A DNA stretch of 64,000 nucleotides from positions 8,928,001 to 8,992,000 of the forward strand of contig CM022669.1 in NCBI GenBank assembly GCA_012295275.1, in the 5' to 3' direction. The translations under genes and the position numbers were made by a program. The notes beneath the pieces are model-generated. The model saw only the letters and a list, made by a program, of their open reading frames with translations. It was not told where the DNA came from and did not search any database. Shown in pieces: positions 1 to 15,671 of this stretch; within the stretch, counting starts at the first letter, position 1, and the number at the start of each line of letters is the position of its first letter. The DNA is from Chrysomallon squamiferum. Taxonomy: Eukaryota; Animalia; Mollusca.

Positions 1-231
1 ATATATATACACACACACACACATACACACATACAGACACACACACACACATATATCTTCCATGTTAATGTGTATTTATTATAAAAAAAACCACTACAGT
101 TGTAATAACATAAACAGTTTTTTTTTTAACAAAATAAACAAATGTGGTACTCTTTCATATACGTGGAATACATTTAACAAATAATATTCTGTGGTGGTTT
201 GATCCTAGAACCTTTTAATGTAAATACTAAC

Positions 232-306
232 CCCTATTACAGCATTCAGCTCCTGCATCGTCACCTGCTTTGCCCTCTCCACAGCAGCAGCAACCTGCTG
301 TTGATG
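232..306 (-). CDS. gro: groucho/TLE coding exon 6
   Basis: ttcag acceptor, [25 protein letters not shown], gttagt donor, 75 nt. Confidence 0.95.
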
Positions 307-2203
307 CTGAAAACAACGTGAAATTGTGAGACAGACTTGAAGAAATAATAAACACCTAACACAGCAAAAGTAGACTAATAACAGTTATACAAGAAAAAGA
401 CAAATCTAAAAATGACAATGTCATCTTTTCATGGCTCAGTTTTGGAACATACATATTGATCAGCTCAGTGAAGTAAAATGTATGGATTTGTTCTGAATTA
501 AGTAAAGAACACAAATATTGACTTTATATTAGAAAAATAAAATCCAGAGGAACTTCTTTCAAAGAAGAGGAATCGATGGTTTAATCTACTAGCTGAAAGT
601 AAGATAATCATTTGTGTTTTTCTGATGATTATCCTTTCACTTGTGTTAAAGAACGAATGGTGATAATGTATGTACAGTTAAGTGCATCTTTTGTTTATGA
701 GGGTCATCTGCCTGTGTATGTTTGAGAGAGAGAGAGAGAGAGGGAGAGAGAAATAGAGTTGTGACAATGAATGTAGTTATTAGTAAGTGTATATTGTTTA
801 TGAAAGGGATATGCATCTGTTTACACACACATACATTCATGCACACACACACACACACAAAAAAAAACATAACATGACCTACTGACACGTTTTTCTCAAG
901 GCTGATACTTTCACTACAATGAAGAAAGACAAACGGATGGAGGAAGGTGACATTTTAAAAATAACTCAGTTTGCTGTAACACTAAGTAAATTAGCTAATG
1001 GCCTGCCACTAATCAGATAACATTAACAAGACCTACTGAGACTTTTCACTGCGGTCTCGACGTGCTGAACAGGTAAAACGTAACAACAGTTGGAATGTAT
1101 ACTCTTAATCCAGGATTACAAGACATTTTTACACACAGTTGATGAGATGAAACCAGCAGCTGTTTCAGTTAGCAGCAAGAGACTTTTGATATGCACCTTC
1201 TCATAGATTGGATAGAACAGTGTTTGTTAAATCTGTTATGTTATGACAACTGTCTTGGTCAGGGATACAGCACAGTAAATTGTTTCTGTAACATACTGTA
1301 ACTTACACAGTAGACTGTTTCTGTAACATACTGTAACTTACACAGTAGACTGGTTCTGTAACATACTGTAACTTATACTGTAGATTGTTTCTGTAACATA
1401 CTGTAACTTACACAGTAGACTGTTTCTGTAACATACTGTAACTTACACAGTAGACTGTTTCTGTAACATACTGTACTTACACAGTAGACTGTTTCTGTAA
1501 CATACTGTAACTTACACAGTAGACTGGTTCTGTAACACACTATCTACACAGTAGTCTGTTTCTGTAACACACTATCTACACAGTAGTCTGTTTCTGTAAC
1601 ATACTGTATCTACAGAGTAGATTTATTTATATTTAAGTCAAAAATGAAATAAAATAAAATAAAATAAAATAAAAAACGTACCTCTTGTGACAGAAATGGA
1701 ATGACCTGGGCACAAATAGCATTCAGTCTCTTAGCAATCTCCGTCTGAAATTAAATATTCACACATTAGTAAACATCATGAATAAACAGGAGTTAGTGCT
1801 TCTCGCACATTAATCAACAATATCCAGTAAAATAAGAAAGAAACACAAACAATTAAACATTAAAAACAGAAATTATGAATAAAATAAAATATATATATAT
1901 ATATATATATATAAAGCTATAGAGATCAACTTAAGTCACACAGTAAACAAACAAAAAAGTTGGCATTATTAACTAACAAAATAAATCATTTAACCTGATA
2001 CAATATTAACCACCCTACCAAAAATAAACAAATAAACAAATAAATAAACAAATGAAAAATGGTATAACTGTAAATGGTATTTTCTTTCAGCCATGTTGAT
2101 TTATTTATAAACTATTGACAAGAGATGCCTCATTAATATTCATAAACCATTTTTAAACCCATTTGTCTTTTCCACAATCATTAACCCAGGTATTTTAAAC
2201 ATA

Positions 2204-2238
<35 letters not shown>

Positions 2239-3194
2239 TATGTTTTACTGTAGCAGTACAGGGGAGAAAGAAAAAAAAAGAAATTAAAAAACGATTTCGT
2301 TTTAGTTTGACAGATATTCATTATTGTCAAATTTGTTTCTGGGTTTGATTACATTTTGTTTTTTAACACAAAAACTTCAAACAAGTCATAAAAGAAACTA
2401 AAACATACAAAAAAAAAAAAATTCTGCGATATATTTAAAACAAATTACGATACATTAAACAACATTTTAACATTTAAAAAACTTCAACTGTGAAACGGTT
2501 TACAACACTTTGAAGTTATTTTTCCATCAACAAAAAGCATTATGCAATGTTACAGAAATTCTGCTATATATTAATATCAAAGCCATTTCACAAAACATTT
2601 AGCAAAATGAGAGTGACAGATTGTGAAGATACAAAATCTTATGACAGGGTATAAAGAGATGTTATTTAAGTTAAAATGTCAAATGTTTTGCAGTGTTATT
2701 TGCCTGAATCTAAACATAGACTGTAAATTTCAGAATTAAAAAAAAAAAAAACTATTTGCTGATAAAATGAGTTTCAATTTCATTGATTCCCCCATGTTAT
2801 TTGTTTTTATACTAGTATTTATTTATGTTTTACACTTAAAACAGAAACCAGCTGTTACTATGACTAACGTTCTATTTTTAACAACATAATAATGATAGCA
2901 TTACAAAATGGGTTTTTACTGTGGTATCTCTCACATTAATAATTTAATAACACATTTGTTCATTATCATCAATCCACATTTAGCCATTATAATAATTTAA
3001 TAACATAATGTTATTACACATTTCACTTTCATAAAGAGAAAATGTATTAATAGTTCTTAGTTAAATCAAATAACCTTAATCTCTGACAAATACACATTAA
3101 CACAAAAGAGAAATTCTATATATGTATGTATATATATATGTATAAATATATGTATTTATGTATGTATGTATGTATGTATGTATGTATGTATGTA

Positions 3195-3229
<35 letters not shown>

Positions 3230-3899
3230 ACAATAAAAATAAATAAATAAATAAACAAACAAATAATAATATCAGAGAATGTAAAAAAAAAAACAATCTT
3301 CGCATCAGCTAAAATCACAGCCTCTTATGAGATTTGAACTGCTGTCTTAATGTCAATATCCACTTAGTTTAAAACTGCTTGCTATCAGGAAAAAAAAAAA
3401 ATTTAAAAAAAGAAGGAACTTAAAGCGATCGAGGTCAACAGAATTATTTTATTTTAAATCTTCCAAATCTTCTAGAAAGTCATGAAAAAAATGAAAAAAT
3501 GAAAAAAAAAAAAAAAAAAAAAATAAAAAAATAAACATCAAAAAAAAAAGAAAGAGAAAGACAGAATAAAATCCGGAGTTCAAATTATTATTCCGAATGA
3601 AATCCCAGCGTCCCCCTGTCACTCAATTAGCGCAGCGCCTGGAAGCCGTCCTGCATTCTCTGTGAATGCAATGTTGTTGAGATGTAGTAAAAAAAAAGCG
3701 ACACATGATCAATACAGTTTTAAATTAACATTAATACAGACGCCACGCACCGGCCACTTAATACACCATTCAGCTTCTTTTACAGCAGCACAGTGTTAGA
3801 TCTGTGTGTCATAGGTTGCGAGATCAATTCTTCTCAGATGACTTTTTTTTTTTTTTTTTTTAAAACATTTTAGCGTTATTTAAATACTATAAAAAAAAA

Positions 3900-3944
<45 letters not shown>

Positions 3945-4959
3945 GATGTGATATTAATTGTTGTTCTCATTCTTGTTGTTAAAACTAAACTGTGCTGCAA
4001 TTAAGTACAGTCTGCTTTTTCCCATTCCAGACCTTTTCACCTCTCTGTGTAACACAATCCTTTTTAATACAGATCTAAGTGATATGAAATAAATGTGTAT
4101 ATTCACCATCAAACACTAGTTACCACAAAAATATTTCACTGTAACACCAACAACTACAACCAAAACAACAGATACAGTCCAGCACCTCAACAACTACTAC
4201 AGGCAGTCTATTATCAAACATCATCATCATCATCGTCATCAGCAGCAGAAGCAATAACCATTATGTATGTATGTGTGTGTGTATATGTACATAGTTTTTC
4301 TTTCCACAGCTTAAAAAATATGAATGATAATGTATCTATTATTGTGTGTGTGTGGGTATGACATTTTGTTACTGTTTTAACACTTATTACTTGTAAAATC
4401 AAGGTTTAAAAATAAAACAGAATCATCCCTACATTTATTTTCTTAACAGATGAGAAAATAAGTGACCTATCTTTTCAACACTTCTAATTATACACGAGAA
4501 CAGTCATCAGGAAAACAGTTTTCCTTGGGGAGTTAGGAAAAGGAAGCAGAAGAGTTCCACAATAAAGGAAAGACAATTCTAAACAAAATTTACCCCAGGC
4601 TTACATGGCACATATAACATAAAATGCCAAACACTCACCGAGGGAATAACCATTGAGAAATTGTTCAAGGAAACTCGTAAATTTTGTTTTGCTAAATGTC
4701 TACTTTATGTAAACTGACATCATTCAGAGAAATAGTTTTCTAGGCAACAAAACAACAATATTTTATGATTATGTCAAATCAGAAGTGAGTGTTTAAAGAT
4801 AATCCCATATTAATCATATTAAAATTTTATTTAAAAAAGATTAGAAAACACAACACAAAGTTATTTTAAAAAATAATATCAATAATAAAAAATTGAATGA
4901 AAAACAGCATAAAATAAATAAATAAATAATAAATAAATAAATAAATGTGATAGGGTTAA

Positions 4960-5012
<53 letters not shown>

Positions 5013-5181
5013 TAATAATAATAATAACAATAATTAAAAAGCAAAAAAAAAAAACACACTTAAACAGAAAAATGACAGTAAAAAAACCCAGATGACAAGT
5101 CAAATTTATGTACACAACAGCATTTCCTGATTCATTACCTATTACTTCAAATTTACAAAATTTTCCATGTAATTTTTCATA

Positions 5182-5215
<34 letters not shown>

Positions 5216-5796
5216 AAAAAAATAAAAGATAATTAACATAAAAGGTTCATGAACTCTAATACGCCCACACAAAGAAATTCAATACCTTTAATGACAGGAA
5301 TTTTTAAATTTTTTGTAAATTTTTTATTTTTAAAAAAAATTTTTAAACATTTAAAAAAAAACAAAAAAAGATTAAAAAAAAAAAAAGACTTAATCTCTTG
5401 ACATCACTGTAGAGGTCGGTTGCAAATTGCGATCTCAAGTGAATCTGTCGAGAAAGCTCCTGCTATTTCGCCCGTGTTTGAGAAATTATTTGCGACAATG
5501 GCTCGTTTGCCCAATCGATATCTGGCAGTAATTTCCAGTGTTTACTGCGAGGTTTAAAGTTGAAAAATAAACTGTGAGATATTGTGTTGCTTCAGTAAAT
5601 GTCTGAAATGTGGATTACTGGTATCATTTTTTTTTTAACACCCGTTACAAAGAAATAATTAAAACAACAGAAATAAAAAATAAACAAACCTTTCATTAAA
5701 AAAAAAAAAAAGAAAAAAAAAAGAAAATAATAAAAAAAGAAATAACAATAAAAAAACCAGAAAGTAATAAAATAAAATGAAAATAGAATAATACTA

Positions 5797-5827
<31 letters not shown>

Positions 5828-6001
5828 GTAATAATAAATACAAACAAAAATAAATAATTTTGATTAAAATGTTTTAAACTCCTTTTTAAATTACTTTCTT
5901 CTTTGGTTGTTATTTTAATTATTTACTTTATTAATTTTTTTTCAGTTTAGTTTTCTTTTTGTTTAATATGAACCTTGACAATTGTTGTTAGAAAAAAACA
6001 A

Positions 6002-6032
<31 letters not shown>

Positions 6033-7504
6033 AACTAAACATGTTTTAAAAAATTAAAAAATTATCTTAATAAATGTATTCATTAAAATTGTGTAATACA
6101 GTATACACAATTACTATAATAAATAAATAAATAAATATAAACAAACAAACAAATAAATAATATAATACTCATCATAAAAATAGAAATATATACATAACAA
6201 AAATTAAAACGCATAAGAATACAAGAAAAAAATAAATAAAAAAATAACACATGGAATGTTTGTGTAGTTAATATTTGTTTTTCAGGACAAATATTTTTTG
6301 TCAGTTTTCATTAACCATGTAGAGTTATTCAAACAAACATGGCGACTATAAAAACCTAATATGTTATTGACAGTATTTAACAATAATCAATACACACAAA
6401 CACTGTTTGTCAGGTTGTGTTTGAACAATACAAAAACACATTCGCTCTGTGTGTCTAACAAACTGCTGCAGCTTCATTTGCAAAAGTCTATTACTGCTGT
6501 GATAATGCTCTTTGAAATCTTTTTATTTATTTTTTTTAATTTTAATTTTAGTTTTTTTTTAAATTTATAAAACAGATATTGAAATCTGCTCATGTCAATT
6601 TACTGTTTATTTTAGTTTCTTTTATCATGACTGAAATTTTTAATTATGCAAATTATTACTATTTTTTAAATTCACTACAACTATATGCTTTTTACACTCA
6701 TATTTTTTTTTTTTATCAATCATGCAGCAGTTGGTTGGAATAGAAATTTGGCTCATTTTGTGCATGAATCAGTGAAAAACTGACAGTGTGAAAGCTCTAT
6801 AATCAAAATATTGTCCATTCTAGTTAGAATGGGAAAACAGATGTGCTCATCTTACTGTCATGTAGTAAAGAACACACTGATTACAAAACACTGAGAAAAT
6901 AGATTATGACATGCAATGTTGTTTTTTTTCTTTTTTTCTTGCAGTGTAAATACGTCATCTGACCAAACTCATCAGGTTGTTAAATAAAAATAAATTATGC
7001 AAGCTTATTCAAGTTCATTGACCAAATACATGTACACTGCTAGGATCAAGTGATGGGTGAATGACAGTAATATTTTTAGTGACTATTAGTATTAGTATTA
7101 ATAGTAGTAATTGTACCAGTGATGGTGATGTAGTGATGGTAGCTGTAGTAACAGTAAAGTAGCAGAAATGACAGTAGTAGTAGTAGTATAGATTATTAGT
7201 ACTAAATATGATTAAGTGCACATGCATGAATGAAATGTAAGTATTCAGGGTGGGTGTGTGCACACATTATTACTGTCAACTTTAATATATATCACAGTGC
7301 CATGCTAGTAAACTTGATATCTCACTGTGTAGATAAATTATATACTCAAAGGCACTAACAGTGTTACATATCACAACAATAATGTGAATGGCAGAATGAG
7401 ACCGTTAATAGAGGGCGTTCCTCCAAAGGGCACGTAATTCAAGTGAAGAAGCAGTCATGCATCAGGAATGTTTTTTTTTCCAATCAGTCAAAGTACAAAA
7501 AAAG

Positions 7505-7536
<32 letters not shown>

Positions 7537-10500
7537 ACACACAAAGACACTAACAACTTGATGACAACAAAATAACACATGATAAATACAAATTACTTAC
7601 TTGTTTGTGCATTTCCACGTTAAGGCCATACGACATTTCATAATACTGAAATAAAAAAAAAAAAAAAACAATTAGTGTTCTTCTCATTAATGTTCATAAA
7701 CTTCAGAAATAAAAAAAAGTTAGCAAAGAAGGATCCATAATAAAAAAAAGAAGTAAAAATAAAAGCCACTTAAGATTTTATATTTGTTTAATTTTTTTAA
7801 CATATTAATGATTACAACTACAGAAGTTTTTAGTAATTAAGTAAAACAACAAAAAAATAATACAAAAAATTATTTCATAAATTAAAACGAATAACTTTAA
7901 AATAAAATAAAATTAAAATAAAATAAAATAATGAATAACTGCAAAAGCAACTACAAAAAAAAAAAAAAAAAAAAAAAATAATAATAAAAATGTATATATA
8001 TAAATTTGCCCCTAAGCATGCTAAAATTAACCTTTAAATGGTTTTGAAATCAAAACCGAAATAAACATAATTACATCTTTTCTTATTTCATAACCAGTCA
8101 CTCCTACCCCTACAGAAAGCATGCTGGGTCCACCCTTTCACAAAATAACTGTACTCTCCTTATTTTTATTCACTTCTAAGAACAAGTTAACACCATAATT
8201 AAACAAAATTTAAAAAAAACCCAAATAAAATATGAAATAACTAATTTCTCTAAGTTTAATGTCTCATTCATACTACATGAATTAAATAAAAAAAAACATA
8301 TTATATAATCCCACTGAAAAGATTTAATTAATAACCAATTCTTTCTTAATTTAACAAAAAAAAAAATTTGTTAACACCCTCCACAAGAACATATTTGACA
8401 CAACCTTGAACATTAAAAACCTTACACTCCCTGCTAAAAATAACGAGAATAACCTTTTGTTCCCCCCAAAACAACATAATCAGACCTAACACAAAATAAA
8501 TATTAAAGTCAACCTTACTCTAAAATAAAATAAACAAACACCAAAAATATCTAACCCACCCCGACCCACGAACACGAGACTTCACCATGAAATACTAAAC
8601 ACCCCCTGCCCCCCCCCCCCGTAAAACAGAATGTAAATAATAAATAATAACTGTGCTCTCCCTTCATCACCTGTCATCTCTGATTGCATAAAATTAATTT
8701 TCCTTGGTCCAAAACCCCCGCCTACAAATGTACAGAGCAGTAACTCAATACTAAATAAAGCGAACGGCTCGGTCTAGCAACCCAACATGACATTTCCACC
8801 GACTTAGCTCACAATGCGATGAAGCGAGTTCGCGGCAGGCGATGTTCCGTGTTGGGTACAAATTAATTCCATTTTGGAAGCCAATATGTGCAGTTGGGTA
8901 TAATTATTCTACTGCTATGACTTGGATGAATGCACTGACTGAGAGATGAAAGGCACATTGACAAATCGATACCGCGACTTGCTTTAATACGTCTAAGATG
9001 GGCAAGGATTGTAATCAGAAAATTAAGGCCCCGATATCAACGTCTTTTTAAACAAGCTAGACAATTGTCTTAGACTTGCCCAAGTCAAATTAGCCGACTA
9101 GACTTCTTTTTTTTTTTTTTTAGAAGCATTTGTGAGAAGAAAAAAGAAAAAAAAAAAAAAAAAAAAAAATTTTTTTTTTTTTTTTTGGTTAATAACCTAA
9201 GAGATGAACATAATTACAATGTCGTGTAATATTTTTTTTTTTTTTAATTTTAACTTTTTAATTTAAATGGAAATAACCAAGAGACAAAAAGTGTTCGTAT
9301 TTCGACATGAAATGAAAAAAAATCAATAAAATACATATGTGTATTAATATATTTTCTTAAAATATACACACACACATATCGTAAAGATAATACAAAAAAA
9401 CTAATTTCTAATATTAATATATCTAAAACCTGGTGGGAACCAAGTTAGTCTGCAGAAACTCTTTTTTATTTTTTTTTGTTTTGAAAGACAATTACATTTG
9501 TGTTGTTTTCCTCTAAGCTATTTGTAAATATAATTAGGAGAGAGGTTAACAAGTTTTCAGCCAAATAAAGCCAAATGCCTGCAAGTGGCAACATTCACAA
9601 AATGGCTAAATGTAATTTCAACATAATACTCTCATGATGTAACTCCATTTTTATATTTATAAATTTATTTTATTACTATTATTATTATTATTCCTATATT
9701 TTTTTTTTAAAACTTCAGGAAAATAGGTACATTACTTCTCAAAAATTAGTTTTTGTTATTTTCTTTGAACAATATTTTTTAACTATTGATTTTTCTGAAC
9801 TTTTTTAACGACTCTGTTTTTGAATATCGTTAGGAAATTATTAAAAACATGAAACTGTACTTTCCTTCTGTAACAAAATAAATGTCTTTTTCTTAAAATT
9901 TATATAACAGCCAATTTTTTTTTTTAATTTTAAAAACAAACTTTATTTAATTGCAAGAATGTAAACATCATTTTGTGACTTTCTAAATCACTTTTCTTTA
10001 AAATGAATTACTCAGCATTAATGTAGTCATTTTTAACTTTTGTAACGTGAAGTAAATACCATTTTCAAATGATGTTACATGAAGTACTTACCATTACGTA
10101 ATGTCGCTGCATTTCTGTTTTCTCCTGTGCCAGTTTTTCACATTCCATTTTCAAACTGTTTGAAAAAAAAAAAAATTTAAAAATTAGAAAAAAAATTAAA
10201 GAAACAAAAGTACAAAGACACAGATATACAGACACGCACAAACATACACAAACCCACACACACAGACACACGCACTTGTTTCTATTTTAAATTCTGCATT
10301 TAATATTTAAAATGTCAAAGATTCATGGAAATGGTACACAATGTCTGCTTTACACAAATATTATTACAAATAAAAACTCGACAATTTTGCTGAAAGGGAA
10401 AAACGTGATGGCATCACCAAAAAAAAATAAATAAAAATAATACTAAAAAAATAAAAACCACACTGTTCTGTCATTTCTGGAGGAAATAATTAATCTTTTT

Positions 10501-13376
10501 ACAATGTTATAAAAATAATCTTAAGTTTTTAAAAATAAATACAGGTAACAGCCGTTTTGTGTGTCTGGCTGTCAGTTTGTGGTGTCCATCAGATTCTGTT
10601 TATTTTTGTATGTTTTTGTATACTTGTCAAGTGACAAGATCTCTCAATGAAAAACATACAAACACAGTGGAATATCAGTATATACATATATTCATATATT
10701 CACATTCCACACAAACATGAAAAACAGTTATTTATTATATTTTTATACAATATAACATTTACATATGACTAAATAAAAATAAAATTAATTAAAAAAATAT
10801 GTGTACAATTTAAAATGTCTGATAATTTTTTCCATTTTATTTTAAAAGTAATGTGCAACACTTTCAATTTATATTAACATTAATGGAAAGAAACAAACAT
10901 AATTAAAGAATTTAAAAAAAGATTAAAATATATGAATTTATTTTTTATTATTTACAACTGTAATTATTACTATTTTAATCATAAATATCAAATGCCATTT
11001 CTGAAGAAAAATCTTGCTACTTTATAATTCACAACAATATATTTTTTTTTTTCTTTATTATAAACATTCAGCCAATAACTGATTCTTGCACTTGTATGTA
11101 TGGGTTTTACACCAAACAAAAATCAATAACATAAATAAATAATGCATATATATTTGTCTGTGTGTCTGCCTGTCTGTCTATCTATCTATCTATCTATCTA
11201 TATATATATTTATATATTTATGAGGTATGTATGTCATATGTATGGTATGTGAATGAATGGATGGATGTCACTATTTATCAGGATGATTCTCAGATAACAC
11301 TGAAATCTGCCCATCTCATCACAACCTGCATCACTCTTGCTGTGAAAACCAAATTAATCACAAAATGTTCAGAATTTATCAAAAGAACGTGTTTTACAAA
11401 AGAGACAATTATGTGTATTAAAAAAAATAAAAAATAAAAGGATATAAACAGCAGAACAAACAGAGAAATGTTTATCTGACATTCAGCAAGTTTCAAGCCG
11501 AGTGAACTAAAACACACACAAACACAGTGTCTCAGTTATTTCCCTTGGGAGAGCTTAATCCGAGAATGTTGCTCATGAGACATCGAGAACTGCATTAATA
11601 TTTTCTTTTGTTTCAAGGCAATGAATGTACCCCAGATTTATTATTTTCTCAAAATAATCTACTGCATGGATGATGTGTTTATTTTCAGTAAAATATTTGG
11701 TTAAAATTACTAATGCTACTGATGTCAAATAAAGATGTTAAAAGAAAGTGTGTATGTGCATGTGTTTATGTATCTTTATGTGTGTGTGCATGTGTGTGTT
11801 TGTGGGTATGTCTGCCCATATCAGCTACTCTCCATTTTTCTTCATCTTTTCTCTCTATATATATATGTGTGTGTGTGTGTGCATGTGTATTTACATACAT
11901 ACATATGTACATACATGCATGGTGGACTGTCAAAATGGTCAAAATATGTTGGCTTAGACAGTTTGCTGATATAAACAATTTCACACAGTTATGGTTCTTG
12001 CCGTATCATCATTAGAAAACTTCACAGACAAACTGAACAGACAAGTCATTCTTTACTGTTTAAAATCAGTGTTTTGATGAAGTCTTCTGCATGTCAGTGT
12101 TCTGTGATTTCCTGGAGTGTCTCAATATGGCTAACTTCTCCGTCAGTATTGAGCTTTTGATGAAAACCGATGATTAATTGGACTTTATATCCTAATGAAA
12201 ATTCAATACGACTGCTGTGTCTTTGGTCTCTTTACCAAATTTCAGTACTAGTAAACACAGCATGTATTTATTCTGGTATTATGAATTTCACAACTCACTC
12301 AGTCCATGACACACTGCAGTTCTCTATTTAAGTAGCTTTCTTTCATCAAACTTTTGAGTTATTAACTGATTTAGAATAGATGTCATCATGGTTAATTCCC
12401 GATTCAGGCATTCCTGAATCTGGCAGTGAGATTATAACACATCTTAATTGGACACACCAGCTGTTCCATTTCTGGCAGTTTATTGCTCACCCTTACTAAT
12501 TGGTGTTCCTTCACCTTAATTGATATACTTTTGTTAAACAGTATTTTGTGCACAATTTGAAAGCACATTCAGTCACACTATACACACAAAATGTCCCAGA
12601 AAGCACTCCACCACAAGCTGACAAGTAGGAAGCCATGTCCCGGGTACATGTGACGTACTCCAATCCCAGCTGGAAGAGCTTGTGCTTGTCTTCTGGTAGT
12701 ATTTCCTGTCTCCAAATTTTACTGAGATATAACATTAATTTCATGTCTCCAAACATTAATTTTCTTGCAGTCTCTATTCCGGCTCACCTTTGCTTCTCAC
12801 TGCTCATTAAGGTTAATCGTGTTAATCACCCCCTCTGTTCTTCACACCCCCATTTCTGGAAGCGGATTAGAACACCTCATCGCTTACCTAATCTGGAAGC
12901 TGCCAGTTCTGGGAACATACTGTCATCATCAGTCAAAAACTGAGGTAAAAATGTGTTAACTAACTACATAATTAATTACTACAAAAACCAGTCTTTTGTT
13001 GTTTTATTTCAGTCTAAACCAGGAACAGTCAGCATCTAAAAAAATGTTTAATTCTTGACAGATCAATTTCAACTTGTGTGTTTGTATTTGTGTGTTATTA
13101 AATATTTATATGGACTCTCTCTCTCTCTCTCTCTCTCAATAAAAAATGCTGTTTTAGACTAAAAAAATAAATATATATTTAAAAAAAAATAATAAAAAAT
13201 TGTTTTTAAAAATCACTCAAAAAAACAGACAAGTACAGAAATAATTTTTTTAAAATAAACAGTTGTTTGAGAAGAAAAACTGCAAAGCAACTGAATAAAA
13301 TCAAAGAAAAAATATATATTAATAAAAAAAATAATAAAATAATGATGATGATGATGATGATGAATAATAATAATGA

Positions 13377-13415
<39 letters not shown>

Positions 13416-14670
13416 CAGAAACATAAAACAAACTGGAAAAAAAAAAATGAATGGAAAGATTAAAGATTCTTTTTTTTTTTTAAAAGTTAAGTTAAAAATT
13501 GATATATAAAATAAAAATGAGAGAGAGATATAAAAAAAACAAAAAAAAAAAAAAAAAACGAGAGTAACTTGAGTTTCAGTGAAGCTGTAATAATGCAGGG
13601 GAGGGTTCATTTACCGCCAGCGTTATCTGAACACTATCCACAACGTGTCATTAAATCGATGGTGCCTATCGAATAGCGCGCAGATCAGCAGTATGGTGTC
13701 ACAGCTCTTTATAGATTGCCTCCACCATGAATCACAATCCAATAATTTGTCACGCTTCCTGCGTCCGCCATTACACGGTACGTAGTGCAGCAATGTGACC
13801 TTTGACACGGAAAAGGTTACGCCAGACGCGTTTTAAGTGCATCTACATTGTCGAACGGCACAGAAAGAATCTCAATGGAAGACGACGATTTGATGAGATA
13901 GGGGGAAAAATATAGTGCAGTAACTGCCGTAGTTATTTTAAAAATAAATAAAATAAATAATTAATTAATTAATTTTGTTCAATTTAATATCAGTTATATT
14001 TAATGTAATTTATATCATATTTTATATTAACCGTTTCTGTTTCAATGACACATAATTACATACATATGACATATAGTGTATATATAAGTACATAATTGAC
14101 ACATACAGAGTGTATAAGTATACACCAGTGACACATACATAGTGTATATATAACTACACACCAATGACACACACATAGTGTATATAACTACACACCAGTG
14201 ACACATACTGAGTGTATATAACTACACACCAGTGAGTTATACAGTATATATAACTACACACCAGTGACACATACAAAGTATATGTAAGTACATACCAGTG
14301 ACACATACAAAGTGTATATAACTACACACCAGTGACACATACAAAGTATATATAAGTACACACCAGTGACACATACAAGGTGTATATAAGTACATACCTG
14401 TGGTACTGAGCTTGTAAGAAACTAAATTCCTCTTTGATTCGGTCGCACGACTCAGTGATAGTAAACTTGAATGGCTGCCCAGGAGTATGGGGACCCTGTA
14501 ACAATAACAATAACAATAACAATAACAGTAATAACAATAACAATAATAATAATAATATAATAATACTAATACAAATACTAATGATGATGATACTACTACT
14601 ACTAATAATACTACTAATACTACTACTACTACTAACTACTAATAAATAATACTAATAATGATAATAATAA

Positions 14671-14701
<31 letters not shown>

Positions 14702-15095
14702 AAGAAGAAGAAGAAAATTATAATGATAATATTAATATTAATATTAATAATAATTGTGTGTATATGTTTGTGTGTGTATACATATGGAATTATTCCAACA
14801 ATATAGAAAACAAAAAAAAATAATAATAAAAAGAGAACTGTTTTAATAATAAATAAATAAATAAAAATAGTCATATGGTGTGACAGCTGGATGATTAATA
14901 ATGTAGAGGATTTACAATTGCACTGAAGAACAAACGTACAGATAGATGACGGGATGAACGGACAAATACCATGTTAAATTATGTATGGACGAATGGACAA
15001 AGAAATGTATTGATGAATAAACCAACGGACCACTGACTCAATAAAGTGGCAGATGGATGCTTTAATAATTGTATTAACATATCCCTGGATTAAAC

Positions 15096-15179
<84 letters not shown>

Positions 15180-15460
15180 GAAAAGGAAAATAACTGGAAA
15201 AAAAAAATGAAAAAAAAAATTAATGATAATAAAAACACGGAAATGTATAAATAACCGGTTACATACTTTGATACGTTAATAATTCTCTAACGCCACGCGG
15301 CCATAATCGAGTTTTAATTCGAGTTTAACAAACGAAAACTTAATTAGTGGGTGTGGCGTGAAATAGATTACTATCAGCTGCGGGTCTCGAAGAGCAATGA
15401 GATTGAAAAATACACCGGTGTCATTTATTGATTTTTGTGGTCTGGGGCCAAGTTTTACGA

Positions 15461-15496
<36 letters not shown>

Positions 15497-15598
15497 TTTC
15501 CATAGCAACTGAGTTATCTATGGCAACCAGTCAGTTGTCAAGATAAATTGATAGAAATTACTGCCGAGGAAATAGAACGAAGTGAAACACAGGCTGTT

Positions 15599-15671
<73 letters not shown>

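Noticed and set aside
12511-12959. 81-102-aa ORFs in groucho intron 2 as a nested gene or transposase
   Set aside because: No recognisable domain, frequent stops, no terminal repeats seen.
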